Shown here piece by piece: positions 18,581-28,463 of a stretch of DNA of 64,000 nt. The number at the start of each line of letters is the position of its first letter. Positions within the stretch are counted from its first letter, which is position 1. Location: the NCBI GenBank assembly GCA_964502815.1, contig CAZCXV010000002.1, forward strand, positions 22,802 to 86,801, written 5' to 3'. Under the pieces are notes generated by a model that was not told the origin of the DNA, searched no databases, and saw only the letters and a program-made list of their open reading frames with translations. The stretch is from an uncultured Gammaproteobacteria bacterium (GTDB lineage Bacteria > Patescibacteriota > Microgenomatia > UBA8517). Position numbers and translations under genes: made by a program.

Positions 18581-19332
18581 TATGTCAAAACCAAAGAACC
18601 GTCTGCAGTAACTGCTACGGTCTCTTCGAAAAGCCCTGACATTTTACCATCTTGCGTGCGTATTGTCCAACCATCAGAATCGGTAACCAGCTCAGGGTCA
18701 CCGGCTGTGTACATAACCTCAATGGCAAACACAAACCCAGACTTAATAGTGATGTCTTCTGAGGCTGCGCCAGTTACCAAACAGGGAATGGGTGGATACT
18801 CGTGCAGGGCTCTGCCAATTCCATGGCCAACCAGGGATTCTACTGGGTTAAAATTTCCCGCTTTTAGGGCTTTTGCCATAGCAAGAGAGATGTCTACCAG
18901 TTTGTTACCCTCTCTGGCCTCATTAATGGCCATTTTAAGAGCCTTTTTGCCTACAGCCATCATTTCTACCAGTTTGGGGTCACTGCCCAGGTAAACACTT
19001 ATAGAAGTGTCTGTATGGAAACCCTTGTAATACATGCCAAGGTCGACACTAACAAGGTCGTTTTTCCCAAATACTAAATCTTTTCGGGGGATGCCATGGA
19101 CAATGCCGTCATTTACATTAATGCAGGTTGTCCAAAAGTATTCCGGAACCATTTTAAAAGAAGGCGAACCACCTTGGGAAATTATCCCTTCAGTGGCCAA
19201 CTTTTCGATCTCGGCTGCATTTACTCCCGGCTTAATGGCAGCAAGTATTTGCTTTTTGACCTTTGCAAGCTTGGCTCCACCCTCCCACATGAGGGTAATT
19301 TCTGCAGGAGTTTTGATACTAACCTGTGGCAT
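18580..19332 (-). CDS. map: Methionine aminopeptidase type I
   Basis: VHGIP, D/D metal ligands, GHGIG..LHE, FEETV. Confidence 0.95.
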   Translation of the reverse strand: MPQVSIKTPAEITLMWEGGAKLAKVKKQILAAIKPGVNAAEIEKLATEGIISQGGSPSFKMVPEYFWTTCINVNDGIVHGIPRKDLVFGKNDLVSVDLGMYYKGFHTDTSISVYLGSDPKLVEMMAVGKKALKMAINEAREGNKLVDISLAMAKALKAGNFNPVESLVGHGIGRALHEYPPIPCLVTGAASEDITIKSGFVFAIEVMYTAGDPELVTDSDGWTIRTQDGKMSGLFEETVAVTADGSLVLT

Positions 19333-19966
19333 TTTTTATTCCTTCCACCAGCTTTGCCAAGTCAATCTGAATATCGTCAATTGGCCTGGCTCCATCCACT
19401 CTAATGAGTTTTCCTTGTTTGTCCAGATAATCTATCAGTTCTTTAGTGTTGTCATTGTAGTATTGAAGCCTAACCTTGACTGACTGGGGACTGTCATCCT
19501 TCCTCTGAATTAACTCTCCACCACATTCGCATTTTTCTCCTGGAGCAGGATTGGTGATAATGTTGTATACCTTGCCACATTTAACACAGATTCTCCTGGA
19601 GGAAATTCTTTTTATAGCTTCTTCTTCACTGATATCAAGAGAAATTATGGCATCAATATCGTCTCCTTTGGTTTTTAAGAACTTATCCAAGGCTTCATAT
19701 TGGGAAATAAATCTGGGGAAGCCTTCAAAAAGAATGTCTTTAAATTCAGAAATATGATCACGTAAAAAATCCAAAACATACATAGTCATTTCTTCCTGAG
19801 GAATAAGTTTTCCGGATTCCATAATTTCTTTTATTCTTGGGTTCTTCTGAGCCAACTCTCGGGAGAGATTACCTGTTTGCAAAAGATATAAGTTAAATCT
19901 TTTAGCCAACATTTCAGACTGAGTCCCTTTGCCAGAAGCTGGAGCGCCTAAAAGAATAATATTCAT
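19319..19966 (-). CDS. adk: Adenylate kinase
   Basis: GAPASGKGT, EGFPR, Zn LID (CVKC...CECG), QRKDD. Confidence 0.95.
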   Translation of the reverse strand: MNIILLGAPASGKGTQSEMLAKRFNLYLLQTGNLSRELAQKNPRIKEIMESGKLIPQEEMTMYVLDFLRDHISEFKDILFEGFPRFISQYEALDKFLKTKGDDIDAIISLDISEEEAIKRISSRRICVKCGKVYNIITNPAPGEKCECGGELIQRKDDSPQSVKVRLQYYNDNTKELIDYLDKQGKLIRVDGARPIDDIQIDLAKLVEGIKNATG

Positions 19967-20047
19967 GTTATAAGGCTATTATAATCCAAATTGAAGGCTA
20001 AAAATAGACTGTCAATTTCCAAAAACAAATTTTTTGAAACTGAAATA

Positions 20048-20992
20048 TTAAGTAACTCTGTTCTGAGGTTTTCCTTTTGCAAGAGAAGTCAAATTATCAA
20101 CCCAGATTGCATACAGATTCTCTAAAGCCTCTTTTGTATAGTAGCCAAATCCTTTTATCCCAATTGAGTTTTCGAGTTTGGCAAGAGGAGTATTGATTAG
20201 ATCTTCGCCTTCATATGCATATGAATCTACTTTTCCTGATTTTAAAGCTTGAGCCATTGCTTTTTCGTCAACCAACTCCCTATCAACAGTGTTTACAACA
20301 ATTACTCCCTTTTTCATTTTTGTAATTTCTTTTTTGCCAATCATATTGTTGTTTGCTTCCTCGTGGGTCGTGTGAAGCGAAATCGCATCTGCTTGTTTAA
20401 ACAATTCGTTGAGAGAGACCATTCTCACACCTTTCATTTTCTTTGGAGTTCTGTTGTAAGCAATCACTTTCATATCAATTCCTAATGCTAGCTGTGCAGT
20501 AGCCATACCGATACTCCCAAGTCCAATAATTCCCAATGTTTTGCCTTTGAGTTCAAATCCTTGTGTTAATCTATACTTTCCTTTTTGAGTTGCTCTATCT
20601 GAAACAAATATTCTTTTTGCAAGTCCTAAAAGCATTGCAATGGAATGCTCTGCAACTGACTGTCTTGAGTAACCGGGAACGTTGCTTATTGGGAGTTTTC
20701 TTTTCTTCGCGTATTCAAGATCTACCCAGCCAAAAGATGTTGTTGAAAGACAAACTCCTTTAAGATTTGGGAGTGATTCCATAATTTTGGTTAACTTTTC
20801 TTTTGCCTTTTCAAAACCTCCAAGAGGTTCTGGACTGGCGCCAACAATTTCAGCCCCTTTAGCCATTCCAAGCAATTTTTCCATTGAGAGAGCTTCTCTT
20901 GTTTTGGTATATACAACTTGACCCAAGGAAGATAACTGTTTTTGTTGGTCAGGAGTAAAACTATTTTTGGGATCAAAAATCACAATTTTCAT
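20048..20992 (-). CDS. D-isomer-specific 2-hydroxyacid dehydrogenase family protein (divergent active site)
   Basis: NVPGYS..SVAEH, GKTLGIIGLGSIG, ADAISLH, MKKGVIVVNT; leaderless-type start at ATG 20992. Confidence 0.85.
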   Translation of the reverse strand: MKIVIFDPKNSFTPDQQKQLSSLGQVVYTKTREALSMEKLLGMAKGAEIVGASPEPLGGFEKAKEKLTKIMESLPNLKGVCLSTTSFGWVDLEYAKKRKLPISNVPGYSRQSVAEHSIAMLLGLAKRIFVSDRATQKGKYRLTQGFELKGKTLGIIGLGSIGMATAQLALGIDMKVIAYNRTPKKMKGVRMVSLNELFKQADAISLHTTHEEANNNMIGKKEITKMKKGVIVVNTVDRELVDEKAMAQALKSGKVDSYAYEGEDLINTPLAKLENSIGIKGFGYYTKEALENLYAIWVDNLTSLAKGKPQNRVT

Positions 20993-21107
20993 TAAGTTGA
21001 ATATATCACTTTTTTTCACATAGTCAATTTTTGTAATTTAAACAAAAAATAGATTCTACTTTAGACTACATGTCTAGTTTATAAAGTACCTACCACTCGC
21101 GATGAAA

Positions 21108-21713
21108 TCAAATCTTTCTTTTTACTTCACCTGGTTCTCTGCCTGTAGTTACCAACTTTCCTTGTTTACTTGGCAAGTCTGATCTTTCTGTAATTTGTAG
21201 TAAAACACCAACCACTCTTTGCATTCCATGTATGTATTGTCTTTGAGCCTGTTCATTGTCGGGACCCCTGAGAGGAAAAAAAATACCTTCACGTTCACCT
21301 TCAGCATCATAAACTTGCATAAGAAAACTATTTAAATTATCAACAGACAGCCTGTCTAGTTTTTGACTTTCAGGAGGAAGGGTAACACTTAGTATAGTTC
21401 TCTCGCCTTCATCGGCTCTAACGGCAACTGCAAAATATAAACTGCCTTCATTAGACAGTGTACATTTAAAAGTTCTATTGCCAGAAAGATTTTCGTTTAA
21501 CATGTGAAAGGAATTGGTGCCTTCGAATTTTTCTCCTTCTTTTACAATTACTTTTTTAAGATTGGCTCTGACATCATTGATAATTGGAGCGATATCTTCT
21601 AGTGTGTTAACACTATCTGCTTCCAAAGAAGTAAAATCTTTCAGATTTTGCCTACAATCTTGATATTCTTTATACCTTTGTGCCAATTTTTCCTGAGTGG
21701 ATACTTCCGCCAT
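21108..21713 (-). CDS. Hypothetical protein
   Basis: 201-aa ORF filling the gap below secY; no recognisable motif. Confidence 0.6.
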   Translation of the reverse strand: MAEVSTQEKLAQRYKEYQDCRQNLKDFTSLEADSVNTLEDIAPIINDVRANLKKVIVKEGEKFEGTNSFHMLNENLSGNRTFKCTLSNEGSLYFAVAVRADEGERTILSVTLPPESQKLDRLSVDNLNSFLMQVYDAEGEREGIFFPLRGPDNEQAQRQYIHGMQRVVGVLLQITERSDLPSKQGKLVTTGREPGEVKRKI

Positions 21714-21778
21714 AAGATTTTATTTTAAAAAAAAGTTTGCAAATCTACGATTTTATAGCAATTCTAAGAATTGATACA

Positions 21779-23071
21779 TCAAGCTTTGCTTGTTATAAAA
21801 TGCTCATACCTTCTCATAATAAGCTGGGATTCTAAGTCTTTGGTCAGTTCAATTACCACTGACACTACAATTAAAAGTCCTGTTCCTCCAACTACCAAGT
21901 TTGGTATGGCGACAAAGTTTTGCACAATTGAAGGCAAAATTGCAATAATACCCAAAAAAAGTGCTCCTACTAAAGTAATTTTACTCAAAACCGATCCTAA
22001 ATATTTTGCGGTTTGTGGTCCTGGCCTAGTTCCTGGAATAAAGCCGCCGTTTTTTTGCAAACTTTCGGCAATTTTTTCCGGATTAAAGACCACTGTCGTG
22101 TAAAAATAGGTAAAGGCTACTACAAGCGCAAAATATAAAACATTATACAAAAGAGATTGAGGATTTAAGGCTGCTGAAATATCTTGGGCAATTTTGGCTA
22201 CCTGGGCATTTCCTGTCGAGCCCACAAAGTTAGACACCAAGGATGGCATCAAGATTAAAGATATGGCAAAAATAATTGGGATTACCCCTGCTTGATTTAA
22301 TTTTAGTGGCATATAGGAAGTGGCGCCTGCCACCTCTCCTCTAGAACGTCTTGCATAGTGGACTGGAATTCTTCTGACTGCTTCAGAAATCAAAACCACC
22401 AAGCCCATGACAATCACAGCCAATACTACAAAGAAGGCTACTTTGGCAAAATTTTCAGTTGTAACAAGTCCTTTTGTTTGGACAATAGAAGCCGGAAGTC
22501 TTGAGATTATGCCTGCAAAAATCAAAAAGGATACGCCATTGCCTACTCCATATTGAGTAATCAGTTCGCCAAACCAAATTGACAACATAGTGCCAGTTAT
22601 CATCGTAATAACTAGTGCCAATAACGCCCCAGGAGAAAGGGTAGCAATAATGCCTTGACCACGCAGCAGTAAGTACATGCCAAAAGCTTGCATAGCAGCC
22701 AGTGGAACAGTTAGAAATCTTGTGTATTGGTTAATTTTTTCCTGACCATACTCGCCCTCTTTCTGAAGTTCCTCCAGAGAAGGAATAACAAAACCTAAAA
22801 GCTGGACAATAATTGAAGCATTGATATAAGGCCCCAACCCCAGTGCCATAATAGAAAAGTTTCCCAAAGTTCCCCCTGAAAAAATATCAACCAAAGAAAA
22901 AAGGGCACTACCTTCAAACAAAGCCTTAAGAAGAGGTAAGTTGATGCCAGCTACAGGGACGTGAGCCACTAACCTAAAGATAACTACAATAGCAGCCGTG
23001 ATTAAAAGTTTTTTTCTAATTGCAGGCGTTTTCCCAAGCCTGACAAAAAATTTAGCAATTGAGGCAAACAT
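21779..23071 (-). CDS. secY: Preprotein translocase SecY
   Basis: [46 protein letters not shown]. Confidence 0.98.
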   Translation of the reverse strand: MFASIAKFFVRLGKTPAIRKKLLITAAIVVIFRLVAHVPVAGINLPLLKALFEGSALFSLVDIFSGGTLGNFSIMALGLGPYINASIIVQLLGFVIPSLEELQKEGEYGQEKINQYTRFLTVPLAAMQAFGMYLLLRGQGIIATLSPGALLALVITMITGTMLSIWFGELITQYGVGNGVSFLIFAGIISRLPASIVQTKGLVTTENFAKVAFFVVLAVIVMGLVVLISEAVRRIPVHYARRSRGEVAGATSYMPLKLNQAGVIPIIFAISLILMPSLVSNFVGSTGNAQVAKIAQDISAALNPQSLLYNVLYFALVVAFTYFYTTVVFNPEKIAESLQKNGGFIPGTRPGPQTAKYLGSVLSKITLVGALFLGIIAILPSIVQNFVAIPNLVVGGTGLLIVVSVVIELTKDLESQLIMRRYEHFITSKA

Positions 23072-23108
23072 TATGCTTATTTTATCACATTACTTAAAAT
23101 GTTAATAT

Positions 23109-23144
23109 AGTAACCCTTGCATTATGCAGTGGTTACTTTATACT
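23109..23144 (+). promoter_or_regulatory. MTase promoter overlapped by a palindromic operator
   Basis: AGTAACC-CT-TGCAT-T-ATGCA-GT-GGTTACT at 23109-23137; -35 TTGCAT 23117-23122; -10 TATACT 23139-23144. Confidence 0.65.
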
Positions 23145-23150
23145 GGTGTT

Positions 23151-24395
23151 ATGCAAACCCTCTTAACCGTCAATGAAGCAGCAAAAAAACTCGATATATC
23201 TGTAGATACAATAAGAAGATGGGATAAAAAAGGTCTTATTAAATCTCATCGGTCAAGTAACAATTATAGATTGTTCAATCTAGAAGAAATTGGTAGAATA
23301 CACAACAAAATCTCTAACGGAGTTGGAAAGTTTCAAATCTTGAAATCACTTACAAAGACTAACTACACAGTCATCGATCTTTTTTCTGGAGCAGGAGGTA
23401 CATCCCTTGGATTTGAAAATGCAGGACTAAAACACAAATTACTTGTTGAAATTGATAAAAATGCCGTCAACACTTTAAGAAAAAACCGACCTAATTGGAA
23501 TGTAATAGAAAGCGATATATCTAAAGTTGATTTCAGGGGTTTAGAAGCCGACATTGTTGAGGGTGGTTTTCCCTGCCAAGCTTTTAGTTTCGCTGGTAAA
23601 AAAATGGGGTTTGAAGACATTAGAGGAACTTTATTTTTTGAATTTGCCAGATGCATAAAGGAAGTACGTCCAAAAATCGCGATTGGAGAAAATGTTCGAG
23701 GACTACTTCAACATGACAAAGGTAAAACTTTAAATACCATGGTTAACACATTGAAAGAGTTAGGCTATAAAGTTGGATATAAAGTGTTGAGAGCTCAATA
23801 TTTTGATGTACCTCAAAAAAGAGAACGCTTAATTATAATCGCGGTAAGAAATGATATGAATGTACCAATTATGTTTCCCAAAGAAAAAGATTACATAATA
23901 ACATTACGTGAAGCGTTAAAAAATGTCCCAATCTCCGAAGGACAATCCTACCCTAAAAAAAAGGAAAATATGATGAAACTTATATCTCCTGGTGGCTACT
24001 GGAAAGATTTACCAGTTGAAGAACAAAAAGAATATATGGGAGCTAGTTTTTATATGGGAGGAGGAAAAACCGGCATGGCTCGTAGATTATCATGGGATGA
24101 ACCATCATTGACTTTGACTACTAGTCCAGCACAAAAACAAACAGAAAGATGTCATCCCGAAGAAACGAGACCTCTCACAGTTAAAGAATATGCACGTATA
24201 CAAAGCTTTCCCGATGAATGGATTTTTGAAGGCTCAATTGGTTCACAATATAAACAAATAGGTAATGCTGTGCCTGTTAATCTTGGTTATTATATGGGCA
24301 TGACTGCAGCAGATATACTCAATAAGAATGTTGACCTTAAAAAATATGATCTTTATAAGCAAGAAGAAATCATTTTCCAAGCTGCTCTTTTGTAA
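23151..24395 (+). CDS. DNA (cytosine-5) methyltransferase with N-terminal MerR/excisionase-type HTH
   Basis: HTH EAAKKLDISVDTIRRWD; motif I FSGAGG, IV GFPCQ, VI ENV, VIII QKRER, X QIGNAVP. The TRD GGGKTGMARRLSWDEPS...QKQTERCHP resembles GGNCC-type (Eco47II/Sau96I) MTases. Confidence 0.92.
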   Translation: MQTLLTVNEAAKKLDISVDTIRRWDKKGLIKSHRSSNNYRLFNLEEIGRIHNKISNGVGKFQILKSLTKTNYTVIDLFSGAGGTSLGFENAGLKHKLLVEIDKNAVNTLRKNRPNWNVIESDISKVDFRGLEADIVEGGFPCQAFSFAGKKMGFEDIRGTLFFEFARCIKEVRPKIAIGENVRGLLQHDKGKTLNTMVNTLKELGYKVGYKVLRAQYFDVPQKRERLIIIAVRNDMNVPIMFPKEKDYIITLREALKNVPISEGQSYPKKKENMMKLISPGGYWKDLPVEEQKEYMGASFYMGGGKTGMARRLSWDEPSLTLTTSPAQKQTERCHPEETRPLTVKEYARIQSFPDEWIFEGSIGSQYKQIGNAVPVNLGYYMGMTAADILNKNVDLKKYDLYKQEEIIFQAALL

Positions 24396-25092
24396 AATGT
24401 ACTTTTATATCTTCTGTTAAATCCAAAAGTACCTTTTTTATTAAAGTTTTCCCCTTTACTTTTAAAGCATTAGTGCCAAATAATTCGATTAGATCAGCAT
24501 AGAAATTTTCATCTCCAGTTAAGTGATGCCAAAATTCTTTTCCAACTATCACTGAATATTCTTTGTTAATATTTTTATAATTTCCACTAAGTTCATCTTC
24601 AGTTCCATAAAGTACTCCCACAATTAAATCTTCAAGTGAAATTGATAAATTATTCGTCCTTGCGAGATTTTTGACTGCGACAAAATGCCTAGATATAGTT
24701 TCAACATCATCTTTGTTCACTGTTTGTGGACCAGCTTTAATTTGACAATACTTTTTTCTCCCATCAAGTTTATCTTCAAATTCTATATCAATTCCAGAGG
24801 TCGTCGAAGCAAAACCTGAAAGAACCTGACTACAAAACTTTTGTAGATTATTACCAAAACTTGTATTTATTGAAGTACCCAATATACGTGGATATAAGAG
24901 TACTTTTGCAAGTGTTTCTGGTTTTGTATTACCGTCCATAAAAATTCCCAAATAATTTAATAAAAAAGGATTGTATTTAAACGAGGATAGTTTTCGCAAT
25001 TTCTTTAAGTTACTAACGTGATTTGGAATTATCGTTTCTCCAAAAAACTTTTTTGCGTTTTCTAAAATTTGTATTTTAAGCTTTTCGTCCAT
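24370..25092 (-). CDS. Type II restriction endonuclease (PmeII/EcoO109I-like)
   Basis: TSINTSFGN, GIDIEF.D..DGRKKYCQIKAGP PD-(D/E)xK-like core, VGKEFW; convergent with and overlapping the MTase. Confidence 0.8.
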   Translation of the reverse strand: MDEKLKIQILENAKKFFGETIIPNHVSNLKKLRKLSSFKYNPFLLNYLGIFMDGNTKPETLAKVLLYPRILGTSINTSFGNNLQKFCSQVLSGFASTTSGIDIEFEDKLDGRKKYCQIKAGPQTVNKDDVETISRHFVAVKNLARTNNLSISLEDLIVGVLYGTEDELSGNYKNINKEYSVIVGKEFWHHLTGDENFYADLIELFGTNALKVKGKTLIKKVLLDLTEDIKVHFTKEQLGK

Positions 25093-25139
25093 TCTCCCGG
25101 TAATATTAACACAAATCAATATTTACAAAAAAATGTAAC

Positions 25140-25550
25140 TTACTTTAAAGAGTTTTCAACAGATTTAGACATAGGAAGATTTATTTCAAGCTTCTTTTCC
25201 AGTTTTCCCTTGCCAAGAATTTTTACACCGTATTTTAAAGCTTTTTTGCCAACAATTTTCTTGTCGATTAAAAGATCAATGGTTACCTTTGTTCCTACCG
25301 GAAGTATATTTAATTTTTCTATGTTTACTGGCAGTGCCTTTGGATGGGTTTTGTTTTTTAATTTTCCTCTCAGAAAGGGAAGCCTATGAATTAAGGATTT
25401 TTTCACTTTCATGCCTTCAAACAAAATTCCAATCGAGCCTCTAGCCTTTTGACCTTTTTGTCCACGGCTTGAAGTGTGTCCACCTTTACCCGAACCATAG
25501 CCTTGGCCTTTTCTTTTGTCTTTCTTGGTTACAATCCTTTGTAATTTCAT
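25140..25550 (-). CDS. rplO: 50S ribosomal protein L15
   Basis: GQGYGSGKGGHTSSRGQKGQKAR, FEG, KILGKG. Confidence 0.95.
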   Translation of the reverse strand: MKLQRIVTKKDKRKGQGYGSGKGGHTSSRGQKGQKARGSIGILFEGMKVKKSLIHRLPFLRGKLKNKTHPKALPVNIEKLNILPVGTKVTIDLLIDKKIVGKKALKYGVKILGKGKLEKKLEINLPMSKSVENSLK

Positions 25551-25551
25551 A

Positions 25552-26028
25552 CTATTTTGTTTTCCTTTCATGCATTTTATTTAATGTCTTTAAAGCTTCA
25601 AAAGTGGCATAGACATTTGAGATTTTATTGGAAGTTCCAAGGATTTTTCCAACTGCATCTCTGACTCCTGCAGCTTCTAAAACTACTCTCATGGTGCCCC
25701 CGGCAATTATTCCCGTACCCTTTGGGGCAGGTTTCAAAAGTACTTTAGCTGCTGAGAATTTTTCCCTTACTTCATAGGCCACAGTTGTTCCTCTCATAGA
25801 AACGGTAATCATATTCTTTTTGGCGGCAACGACCGCTTTTTGAATTGCTGTTCTCACATCTCCTGCCTTAGCAACACCCAAGCCAACTCTACCTTTTTTA
25901 TCACCAATAACTAAAAGTGCTGAAAATCTAATAGTGTTTCCTCCTTTAGTCTTTTTGCTGACACGTCTTATTTGAACTACTTGCTCATCAAATTCTTTTG
26001 GTTGCGGTACATAATTTGGGTTATACAT
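25552..26028 (-). CDS. rpsE: 30S ribosomal protein S5
   Basis: RVSKKTKGG..IRFSA, PAPKGTGIIAGG. Confidence 0.97.
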   Translation of the reverse strand: MYNPNYVPQPKEFDEQVVQIRRVSKKTKGGNTIRFSALLVIGDKKGRVGLGVAKAGDVRTAIQKAVVAAKKNMITVSMRGTTVAYEVREKFSAAKVLLKPAPKGTGIIAGGTMRVVLEAAGVRDAVGKILGTSNKISNVYATFEALKTLNKMHERKTK

Positions 26029-26031
26029 AGT

Positions 26032-26370
26032 TTAGAATTTTAATCCTCCCTTTCTGGCGCCTTCGGCAACTGCTTTAATTCTGCCATGATAGGCAAAACC
26101 ATTTCGGTCAAAAACAACAGCCTTGATTTTTTTGCCTAATGCTTTCTTGGCAATTTCTTCTCCAATAAAAGTTGCCTTTTGCATTTTGGTCATTTTCTGA
26201 TCATTTTTGAGATCCGAAGCCTCGAGCAAAGTTATGGCTTTTTGGTCATCAATCAGTTGGGCATAGATATATCTGTCAGATCTGAAAACTGAAAGTCTTG
26301 GCAATTTGCCAGTTCCAGAAATCTTGGCTCTGATTCTTTTTTTTCTTGTTTGTCTGTCTTTAGTTACCAT
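26032..26370 (-). CDS. rplR: 50S ribosomal protein L18
   Basis: PRLSVFRS, FDRNGFAYHGR, GGLKF. Confidence 0.97.
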   Translation of the reverse strand: MVTKDRQTRKKRIRAKISGTGKLPRLSVFRSDRYIYAQLIDDQKAITLLEASDLKNDQKMTKMQKATFIGEEIAKKALGKKIKAVVFDRNGFAYHGRIKAVAEGARKGGLKF

Positions 26371-26376
26371 AGGTTT

Positions 26377-26916
26377 TTAAGCAGCCTTAGCAGCTTGCTT
26401 TCCCGCCTTTCTTCTGATCACTTCATCTGTATATTTAATACCTTTTCCCTTGTAAGGTTCGGGCTTTCTGACTGCCCGCACATTAGCTGCAACCTGGCCG
26501 ACTATGTCTTTGTCTGCTCCCTCAACTGTAATGATTGATTTCTCCAACTTAAAAGAAATTCCTAGCGGTGCTTCTACAATTACCGGGTGAGAGTAACCAA
26601 TATTTAGTATTAATTGGTTACCCTTAACTTCTCCTCTGTAGCCTGCGCCAACTATTTCCAAAGTCTTGCTCCAGCCTTCAGTTACTCCTTTAACCATATT
26701 GGCAATATGGGATCTAGTTGTCCCTTGCAACGAAAGTGACTTTTTATCGGTTCCTTTTCTTTTTACCTCAATTAAATTATCTTTTTCCAAAACACTAACT
26801 CCAGGGGTAGCTTTTTCCAAAGATCCCTTGGGTCCAGTAATCTTAACTTGTCCAGGGTTAATCTCGACTGTTACTCCACTTATTATTTGTATTGGTAGTT
26901 TTCCAAATCTTGCCAT
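26377..26916 (-). CDS. rplF: 50S ribosomal protein L6
   Basis: GPKG, GYSHP, PEPYKGKG. Confidence 0.97.
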   Translation of the reverse strand: MARFGKLPIQIISGVTVEINPGQVKITGPKGSLEKATPGVSVLEKDNLIEVKRKGTDKKSLSLQGTTRSHIANMVKGVTEGWSKTLEIVGAGYRGEVKGNQLILNIGYSHPVIVEAPLGISFKLEKSIITVEGADKDIVGQVAANVRAVRKPEPYKGKGIKYTDEVIRRKAGKQAAKAA

Positions 26917-26948
26917 AATTGTGTTTACTTATTGATTCCTTTTAGTCA

Positions 26949-27326
26949 TCACCAAATCTCAGCTATTACCTCTCCTCCCATTCCCAGTTTCAAAGCCTGT
27001 TTAGTAGAAACTACACCTTTTGGGGTAGAAATTATAAATATCGATCCACCCTTGTGCTTGGCTAGTTCATCTACAGTGACATAAATCCTCAAACCCGGCT
27101 TGGAAACTAGTTTCAAATCCAAAATTACTGGCTCTCGGTGGTCGTAAGAGAGTTTAACTGATAATTCTCTGTCTTTTTCTTCAACTTCAGACAAAAAACC
27201 TTCCCTCTTCAAAACTTGGGCAACCGCTTTTTTAAGCGTAGATGTTTCAACTACCACATCTTTCCTGGTAGCCTTAGCCGCATTTTTTATTTGTATTAAA
27301 AAATCTCCTACTTGATAGTTTGTCAT
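26949..27326 (-). CDS. rpsH: 30S ribosomal protein S8
   Basis: Start MTNYQVGD (ATG 27326); SKPGLRIY, STPKG, GGEV. Confidence 0.95.
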   Translation of the reverse strand: MTNYQVGDFLIQIKNAAKATRKDVVVETSTLKKAVAQVLKREGFLSEVEEKDRELSVKLSYDHREPVILDLKLVSKPGLRIYVTVDELAKHKGGSIFIISTPKGVVSTKQALKLGMGGEVIAEIW

Positions 27327-27327
27327 C

Positions 27328-27513
27328 TTACCAACTTGCCTTCCTAACCCCTGGAATTTCTCCTCTAGAGGCATACTCCCTAAAACAAAGCCTGCAAATT
27401 CCAAATTTGCGCATATAACCACGTTGCCGGCTACACAACCTGCAACGGTTTCTATATCTAATTGCATATTTCAATTTTTTTGTTTCTCTAACTATGTTAC
27501 TTGTTTTTGCCAT
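27328..27513 (-). CDS. rpsN: 30S ribosomal protein S14 (Zn type)
   Basis: RCRLC...[14 protein letters not shown]. Confidence 0.97.
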   Translation of the reverse strand: MAKTSNIVRETKKLKYAIRYRNRCRLCSRQRGYMRKFGICRLCFREYASRGEIPGVRKASW

Positions 27514-27518
27514 CTGTC

Positions 27519-28106
27519 TTAATTATTTTCCTCTTTTGCAAAAGGCATACCCAGGTATTCTAGCAACTTTCTTGATTGCTGCCTGTCTTTGGTTGAGGTA
27601 ACAATAGTTATCTCAAGACCTTTATTCTTGTCCATTTTTGAAATGTCAATTTCGGGAAACATAGTCATTTCAGAAAAACCTATTGAATAGTTGCCTGCCA
27701 TGTCAAAACCCTTGGTGGGAATCCCTCTAAAATCCCTGATCCTTGGTAAAACTATTGAAATAAGCTTGTCCAAAAAGTTATACATTCTAACGCCTCTGAG
27801 GGTTACTCGCAAGCCAACCGGCATTCCAGCTCTAATCGAAAAACCAGCAACTGAAAGCTTGGCGGGTCTAATCTGCGGCTTTTGCCCGGTAATCATACCT
27901 AACTCTTCGGCTGTTTTTTCCTGCAACCCCTTATCTTTTATTAAATTTCCAATGCCCATATTGACGACAATCTTGGTAATCTTTGGCAATGCATTTGGAT
28001 TTTTAATCCCAAATTCTTCAGCCAATTTCGGTCTCACGTCTTTGGTATATTTTTCTTTTACCGACATGTGTGTCGGAACTTTTGCTGTGTGTTTATTTTC
28101 GGCCAT
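27519..28106 (-). CDS. rplE: 50S ribosomal protein L5
   Basis: [21 protein letters not shown]; start ATG 28106. Confidence 0.95.
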   Translation of the reverse strand: MAENKHTAKVPTHMSVKEKYTKDVRPKLAEEFGIKNPNALPKITKIVVNMGIGNLIKDKGLQEKTAEELGMITGQKPQIRPAKLSVAGFSIRAGMPVGLRVTLRGVRMYNFLDKLISIVLPRIRDFRGIPTKGFDMAGNYSIGFSEMTMFPEIDISKMDKNKGLEITIVTSTKDRQQSRKLLEYLGMPFAKEENN

Positions 28107-28420
28107 TACTTCATTTCCTTCCTGCATTTTTTGCAAATTCTTAACTTTTTGTCGTCTTTCAATGTAAACCCAGCCCGAGTCAGCTTTTTGCAATTGGGAC
28201 AAACCAAGGCAAATTTTGAAAAAGCCATTGGTCTGGGAATATCAAAAACCCCACCTTTTTTATCCTGAGTCATGCTAGCCTTAACGTGCTTTTTATAGAT
28301 ATTAATCTCAGGAATCAATGCCAGCTTCTTTTTAGGAAAAATTTTTTCAATCTTTCCCTCTCTGCCTTTATCTTTTCCTAAAGTTATTTTTACTTGATCT
28401 CCCACTCTAAATTTAATCAT
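28106..28420 (-). CDS. rplX: 50S ribosomal protein L24
   Basis: KOW motif GDQVKITLGKDKGREG, KKHVK. Confidence 0.95.
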   Translation of the reverse strand: MIKFRVGDQVKITLGKDKGREGKIEKIFPKKKLALIPEINIYKKHVKASMTQDKKGGVFDIPRPMAFSKFALVCPNCKKLTRAGFTLKDDKKLRICKKCRKEMK

Positions 28421-28463
28421 GATTTATCATGAGAAGTCGTAAGACTTCATCATCTCCTTGTCT

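Noticed and set aside
25540-25560. Absence of rpmD (L30) between rpsE and rplO
   Set aside because: Real, but already an established CPR trait; used only for taxonomic inference
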